DNA of 21,020 nucleotides. It comes from an uncultured archaeon (GTDB lineage: Archaea > Asgardarchaeota > Lokiarchaeia > Sigyniarchaeales > Promethearchaeaceae). The notes under the pieces were generated by a model. That model was not told the DNA's origin, did not search any database, and saw nothing but the letters and a program-made list of their open reading frames with translations. How positions within the stretch are numbered: position 1 is the stretch's first letter; each line of letters begins with the position of its first letter. Both the position numbers and the translations under genes were made by a program. This document shows, piece by piece, positions 16,208 through 21,020 of this stretch. Where the stretch lies: NCBI GenBank assembly GCA_964426185.1, contig CAYRPF010000062.1:1-21020 (forward strand), in the 5' to 3' direction.

Positions 16208-16903
16208 CTATTTTATTTTAATCTCGATTTGGCACACATTATCACCCTTCAGAACAGATTTCAACACTTTAACCCTTACTGGTGAATTCAAGAGATATTC
16301 CCACAAACCTCGATAAAATCCCGCACCGCATAAGCAATATGTGCTGTTCAACTCAGGAATTCCTTTTCGTAAGGATTCACGAACACGGGGGCAATGGCAA
16401 TACCGGTATCTTTTCATCCATTCATCAGTTTCCTTAAAATATTGATGATATTCTTTAGGTATTTTAGTGGCAATTATTCTATCTGAGTGAAGAGTGCCAG
16501 CTAAGCCCCAACCCTTAGATAGAATTTTGTCAATTTCTTTATCGGTGAGATTTTTGGTAGGTTTAATATCCTTTCTGAACAAATCTTGGACCATTCTATG
16601 TGTTCCGGCCAAGTTCTTAGTAGATTGATAATAATCTCTAATGGGTTGAAGCGGTTCTCTGGGATATTGACATGCACAGGCTGTGATTATGTCGTGAATC
16701 TTTCCTGAATCAAATGTTTTATCTAGATGTTTCAATTCTTCCAATCTGGTGATAACTTTTTGGGTCCACTCAACGGGATCATTTTCTACTGCGAGTAATG
16801 CAGCATCTTTTTCTGGAAAAACCAGACTTAAGGTGGCTCTATCGATATTAGAAGCCAGAGAATTTCGGAGTTTTTTCCGCCAAGCTTGATCAAAATCCGC
16901 CAT
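16208..16903 (-). CDS. DUF6144-like Cys-rich protein (V4R-like C-terminus)
   Basis: ACAC, YCHCP, YCLCGAGFY, PVRVKVLKSVLKGDNVCQIEI. Confidence 0.7.
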   Translation of the reverse strand: MADFDQAWRKKLRNSLASNIDRATLSLVFPEKDAALLAVENDPVEWTQKVITRLEELKHLDKTFDSGKIHDIITACACQYPREPLQPIRDYYQSTKNLAGTHRMVQDLFRKDIKPTKNLTDKEIDKILSKGWGLAGTLHSDRIIATKIPKEYHQYFKETDEWMKRYRYCHCPRVRESLRKGIPELNSTYCLCGAGFYRGLWEYLLNSPVRVKVLKSVLKGDNVCQIEIKIK

Positions 16904-17032
16904 ACATTTTGATATTGCTGAGTGTTTTTAAAATTTTTGAACGCATTAAACGTAAAATTACTTCTTCGACCACTTTTTCATGAAATCGAGAATTAGGAAA
17001 CATTTTTTAATACCAATCCAGATAATGAATTC

Positions 17033-18067
17033 ATGCAAAAAATGGCTCTATGGCACCTCTATCACACCATGTTAAAAACTCGTTGTTATGAAGAACTGGT
17101 TAAGAAATTGTGGGAAGAAGGCTTAATTCAAGCGGAGATGCACATGGGAATTGGGGAAGAAGCTTTGATGGCAGCAATCTTTTCTCAATTAAACGACAAA
17201 GATGCAATCGCAGTTGACCATCGCGGAACAGCACCCATGCTCCTTAAAGGTGTTGATCCCGTATCTTTACTCCTGGAATTTATGGGTCATGAAAAGGGGC
17301 TCTGTAAAGGAAAAGGTGGACATATGCATCTTTTTTCGAAAAAACACCTTGCAGCTTCTTCAGGTATAGTAGGTGCAGGAGGACCAAACGCTTGTGGGTT
17401 TGGTTTGGCAGCAAAATATCAGAAAACAGGAGGAATTGCAGTAGGTTTTTTTGGAGAAGGTGCCATGAATCAAGGTATGCTGTTAGAATCCATGAATTTG
17501 GCTGCGACTCTTAGGTTGCCGGTTCTTTTCGTATGTAAAGATAATGGTTGGGCGATTGCCACTCAGTCAAGAAAAGTAACAGCAGGGAGTCTTGTAGAAC
17601 GGGCAAAGGGATTAGGATTGCATGTTGTAGAGGTTAATGGATTGGATTCGGAGGAAACTTGGCAGGTTTGTCATGAGGTAATTCCAAAAATTAGAAAAAA
17701 ATCAGAACCCTATTTTCTCTATGCTCAAGTCATGCATAGAGAAGGTCACTTTCTCGGCGATCCTTTGCTACGATTTTATCATTCTCCCAGTAAGATGATA
17801 GCAGATACGACGGGACCGTTAATTAAATCGGTAACCAAATTGAAAGGGGCAGGCATTCATAAAAGAGCGGGGAGTTTAATAACAATATTTTCTCTTATCG
17901 CAAAATTTCACCAGCAGTTAAAAGATACTAAAGATCCGCTCCTGATACTCTTCAAAAAATTGAAAGAAGATAAAGATCATATAGTAAAAATTGAAAAAGA
18001 AGTGGAAGAAGAAATAAATCAAATTCTTGCTAAAACTCTGGCAATTTACGAAGGAGGGATGATTTAA
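17033..18067 (+). CDS. TPP-dependent 2-oxoacid/acetoin dehydrogenase E1 alpha subunit
   Basis: HMGIGEEA, DHR, GLCKGKGGHMH, SGIVG, TPP motif GEGAMNQG...KDN, EGH. Confidence 0.9.
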   Translation: MQKMALWHLYHTMLKTRCYEELVKKLWEEGLIQAEMHMGIGEEALMAAIFSQLNDKDAIAVDHRGTAPMLLKGVDPVSLLLEFMGHEKGLCKGKGGHMHLFSKKHLAASSGIVGAGGPNACGFGLAAKYQKTGGIAVGFFGEGAMNQGMLLESMNLAATLRLPVLFVCKDNGWAIATQSRKVTAGSLVERAKGLGLHVVEVNGLDSEETWQVCHEVIPKIRKKSEPYFLYAQVMHREGHFLGDPLLRFYHSPSKMIADTTGPLIKSVTKLKGAGIHKRAGSLITIFSLIAKFHQQLKDTKDPLLILFKKLKEDKDHIVKIEKEVEEEINQILAKTLAIYEGGMI

Positions 18068-19077
18068 TGAAAATTATGCACTTTACTGAAGCAATTGATG
18101 ATGCACTGGCTCAAGCGATGGGAGAAGATAAAAAAATTATAATGATGGGAGAAGATATTCACGCACTTCGGTTGACCTTATTTTCTCGCTTTGGAAAAGA
18201 TCGGGTAATCTCCACACCTATTAGTGAAAGTGCTTTTCTGGGTACAGGCGTTTCAGCAGCCATGGCCGGTTTGAGACCCATTGTGGATTTATACATGGTC
18301 GATTTCCTTGGCGTAGCAATGGATGCTTTACTAAATCATGCTACAAAGAATTACGATTTCTCAGGAAATAATTGGAAAGTTCCTTTGGTAATTAGAGCTG
18401 GCTGTGGTGGTGGATATGGAGATGGGGGTCAGCATGAGCAGAGTTTATGGGGTTGGGCAGCGCATCTTCCCAATTTAAATGTGGTTGTTCCCTCAAATCC
18501 CGCAGATGCAGGTGGGTTAATGCTTTCAGCTGTTCAATCGGAACATCCGGTTTTATTTTTAGAACATAAACTGCTCTCAGAAGTTTACCGAGATTACTTA
18601 GGGCATGGAGGGCGGGATACAGTCCAATATAATATTCCTCCAGCGGGAGAAAAGGGCGAAGTGCCGGAAAAATGGGAACCTATACCATTTGGAAAATTAA
18701 AGGTATTAAGAGAAGGAACAGATATAACTTTGGTAAGTTTGGCCGTTGGCGTACATCGTTGTATGGAGGTGGCTTCAATTCTTGAGAAATCGGGTATTTC
18801 TGCAGAAGTGATTGATCTTCGTACAGTTCAACCGCTGGATGAAGAAAATTTGATTAAATCGGTCGAGAAAACCAAAGCAATTTTGGTTATAGATGAAGAT
18901 TACAAGCGTTTTGGACTATCTGGAGAAATTTCTGCAATTCTCTTGGAAGCAGGACTGGTTTTTAAATTCGGTCGAGTATGTACTGAAACTGTAATACCCT
19001 TTTCAAGAAAATTGGAAGAAGATACACTCCCAAATACCGAAAAAATAACTCAGCTGGCCTACAAAGTGCTAAAATAA
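18067..19077 (+). CDS. 2-oxoacid/acetoin dehydrogenase E1 beta subunit
   Basis: MGEDI, TPISESAFLG, GLRPIV, GGQH, PSNPADAGG, LEHK, IDLRTVQPLD. TAATG overlap with the alpha gene. Confidence 0.9.
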   Translation: MKIMHFTEAIDDALAQAMGEDKKIIMMGEDIHALRLTLFSRFGKDRVISTPISESAFLGTGVSAAMAGLRPIVDLYMVDFLGVAMDALLNHATKNYDFSGNNWKVPLVIRAGCGGGYGDGGQHEQSLWGWAAHLPNLNVVVPSNPADAGGLMLSAVQSEHPVLFLEHKLLSEVYRDYLGHGGRDTVQYNIPPAGEKGEVPEKWEPIPFGKLKVLREGTDITLVSLAVGVHRCMEVASILEKSGISAEVIDLRTVQPLDEENLIKSVEKTKAILVIDEDYKRFGLSGEISAILLEAGLVFKFGRVCTETVIPFSRKLEEDTLPNTEKITQLAYKVLK

Positions 19078-19132
19078 AATTTATGGAGAATCCTCTAATC
19101 CTCTATTATTCAAAAATTAAAGAAAAAAAAAA

Positions 19133-19582
19133 TTAGTTAGAGCGGGGTTTAAAGCCAATATCCCACCGATAAATAGGCTGACCTTCCTTATCCTTCCCAA
19201 TTTCGGTCTTTAAAAAGGTGGTCTTCACAGGCATTCCAATCCAATAAGTTTTCGGATCATTTTCATCGATATCAACCAGCTGACCTGAAACAGAAGGACC
19301 TTCATCCATCTTTACCACCGCAAAAACATACGGATGCTTTCTATCGTATCCTTTCTTTGTCATAACTTCAGAACCAACATAGATGGCGGTAAATGTCTCG
19401 AGCGTGCCGTTTCCGGAGAATTCCATCCATTCTGATTCAGCCAGGCAAGCGGAGCAAAGTCGTCGAGGAGGCAGATCGATGTTCCCGCATTGAGGACATT
19501 TTGCACCCATTACCTTCTTTTGGCTCAAGTACTCAAAATATTGATTCACAGAAATCTTTGATGTTGTTGACATATTTGACAT
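19133..19582 (-). CDS. DUF35 Zn-ribbon/OB-fold acyl-CoA-binding protein
   Basis: CPQCG..PPRRLCSAC, GTLETFT, PYVFAVV, IGMPV, FKP. GGAGGA RBS. Directly downstream of the thiolase. Confidence 0.9.
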   Translation of the reverse strand: MSNMSTTSKISVNQYFEYLSQKKVMGAKCPQCGNIDLPPRRLCSACLAESEWMEFSGNGTLETFTAIYVGSEVMTKKGYDRKHPYVFAVVKMDEGPSVSGQLVDIDENDPKTYWIGMPVKTTFLKTEIGKDKEGQPIYRWDIGFKPRSN

Positions 19583-19594
19583 AATTAATCCTCC

Positions 19595-20869
19595 TTAGAT
19601 TTTCTCCTTGGTGATGATGCTCACCACGGCAGTAGCTCCTGAACCGCCTAAATTATGAGTCATTCCCGCTTTTAGGTTTTTCTTTACTTGACGTTCACCT
19701 TCAGCATATTCCCTCAATTGTTTGAAAATTTCCACTACCTGACCGGCTCCCGTGGCACCGACTGGATGACCTTTCGTTTTTAAACCTCCACTGGTATTTA
19801 CCGGTAATTTTCCATCTCGGCGGGTTTCACCTCTGGCAATACCTTTTACGGCATCTCCAGGTTGATAAAAACCAAGATCTTCCAAAGCAATTAATTCAGC
19901 AATGGTAAAGCAGTCATGAACTTCGACTAAGTCAATATCTTTCGGAGTTAATCCGCTCATTGAATAGGCAGTTTCTGCAGCTGTCTTTGTCGCCTGCAGA
20001 GATGTAATAGCGCCATCCTTCCGATCATGCAAGCTTAAAGAATCACTCCCTTGACCAATTCCGCTGATCCAAAGCGGTTCATCGGTGAAATCATATGCTC
20101 GCTCTTCTGACGCCAGAAACAGCATAGCAGCACCATCAGTAATCAAACTGCAATCGTAAAGTCTTAAAGGGGCAGCAATCAGAGGATTTTTCGAAGATTC
20201 CAAGAAATCGAATTCATCTTTCCAATCAGGCTCGGGTTGACCCTTAGCTGCTGCTCTTTTACGATATTTTTCCATTACTTCTGGGATAGTGCTCTGAACT
20301 TGAGCAAACGGATTATGTTTCCCGTTTTCATAGTCTTTTATAGCTATCCTCATCAAATCTTTGGATGTGGTCCCATATTTATGAAAGTGTGCATTCGCAA
20401 TTGCCCCATATAAGCCTGGAAATGTGGCACCTGCATAGTATTCATAAGTAGTATCCGCCGCGGCCGCCAAAGCGCTGGTCACGCCGGTTGTATTTAACTC
20501 ATGCATTTGTTCCACACCCCCCACGCACACCACGTCATTTACTCCGGAAGCTATGCTCATAACACCTTGCCTGAATGCAATTCCCGAACTGGCGCAAGCA
20601 CCTTCAAACCGGGAAGCAGGTTTGGGATTTAAACCAATTAAATTTGCCATTTGAGGTGCCATATGTCCTTGATGATTGAACAAATCAGCAGTGAAATTTC
20701 CCAAGAAAAGTTCATCAATATCTTTAGAATCTATTCCTTTATCGGTTAATTTCTTGGCTTCCAGCCATGCTTCCTGCCATAGGTCGATGCTTCGCAGTTT
20801 GGGATAATGAACTCCAAAACGAGACATTCCAGCGCCAACCAAAGCAACTCTTCTTTGTAATTTTCCCAT
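19595..20869 (-). CDS. Archaeal/SCP2-type thiolase (acetyl-CoA acyltransferase)
   Basis: EGACASSG (catalytic Cys), DCSLITDGAA, EVHDCFT, NTSGGL, KGHPVGATG, HNLGG. Start moved to ATG 20869, preceded by GGTGA. Confidence 0.92.
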   Translation of the reverse strand: MGKLQRRVALVGAGMSRFGVHYPKLRSIDLWQEAWLEAKKLTDKGIDSKDIDELFLGNFTADLFNHQGHMAPQMANLIGLNPKPASRFEGACASSGIAFRQGVMSIASGVNDVVCVGGVEQMHELNTTGVTSALAAAADTTYEYYAGATFPGLYGAIANAHFHKYGTTSKDLMRIAIKDYENGKHNPFAQVQSTIPEVMEKYRKRAAAKGQPEPDWKDEFDFLESSKNPLIAAPLRLYDCSLITDGAAMLFLASEERAYDFTDEPLWISGIGQGSDSLSLHDRKDGAITSLQATKTAAETAYSMSGLTPKDIDLVEVHDCFTIAELIALEDLGFYQPGDAVKGIARGETRRDGKLPVNTSGGLKTKGHPVGATGAGQVVEIFKQLREYAEGERQVKKNLKAGMTHNLGGSGATAVVSIITKEKI

Positions 20870-21020
20870 AAAATAGTTCACCAAATATAAAATTCTTGAT
20901 TAAAGATCAATCAAAAAATGTCATTAAATGCAAGTATGTTTCTATTTATGCAATTTTATTTAAATGATACCCACTTAGTTCTAAAAAAAATTATAGATGG
21001 GATTTCAAAATAGATTAAGA

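Noticed and set aside
19393-19584. 63-aa plus-strand ORF
   Set aside because: Antisense to the DUF35 gene.

Overview
AT-rich, gene-dense metabolic region, most likely from an Asgard archaeon (Lokiarchaeia/Promethearchaeota-like). This is an inference from an IPGF-TM-basic sorting tail, an archaeal thiolase+DUF35 pair, an FdhB-type protein, TATA-like boxes and GGTGA/GGAGG ribosome-binding sites. From left to right it contains: the C-terminus of a surface protein with a (TTDDT)7 linker; a decayed Fic gene; divergent kbl/tdh (threonine to glycine + acetyl-CoA); a tightly coupled 5-gene minus-strand operon (3561-9357); a WD40 protein; a large hypothetical; speD; a 4-OT-family tautomerase; small hypotheticals; a ferredoxin; a basic/acidic/Cys4 small protein; an orphan FdhB-like protein; DUF6144; an E1alpha/E1beta pair without E2/E3; and DUF35 + thiolase. 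The best candidate for an undescribed system is the 5-gene operon. It encodes an exported superoxide-reductase-like metalloprotein with a predicted N-terminal His, a 12-TM protein with a heme-copper-oxidase-like but non-canonical three-fold His pattern, a DUF420/cytochrome b561-like membrane protein, and a cytoplasmic FAD oxidoreductase plus an Fe-S/CCG protein. Together these look like a self-contained trans-membrane redox chain. No rRNA, tRNA, CRISPR array or IS element was recognised. All family calls come from reading motifs by eye; no searches were run.
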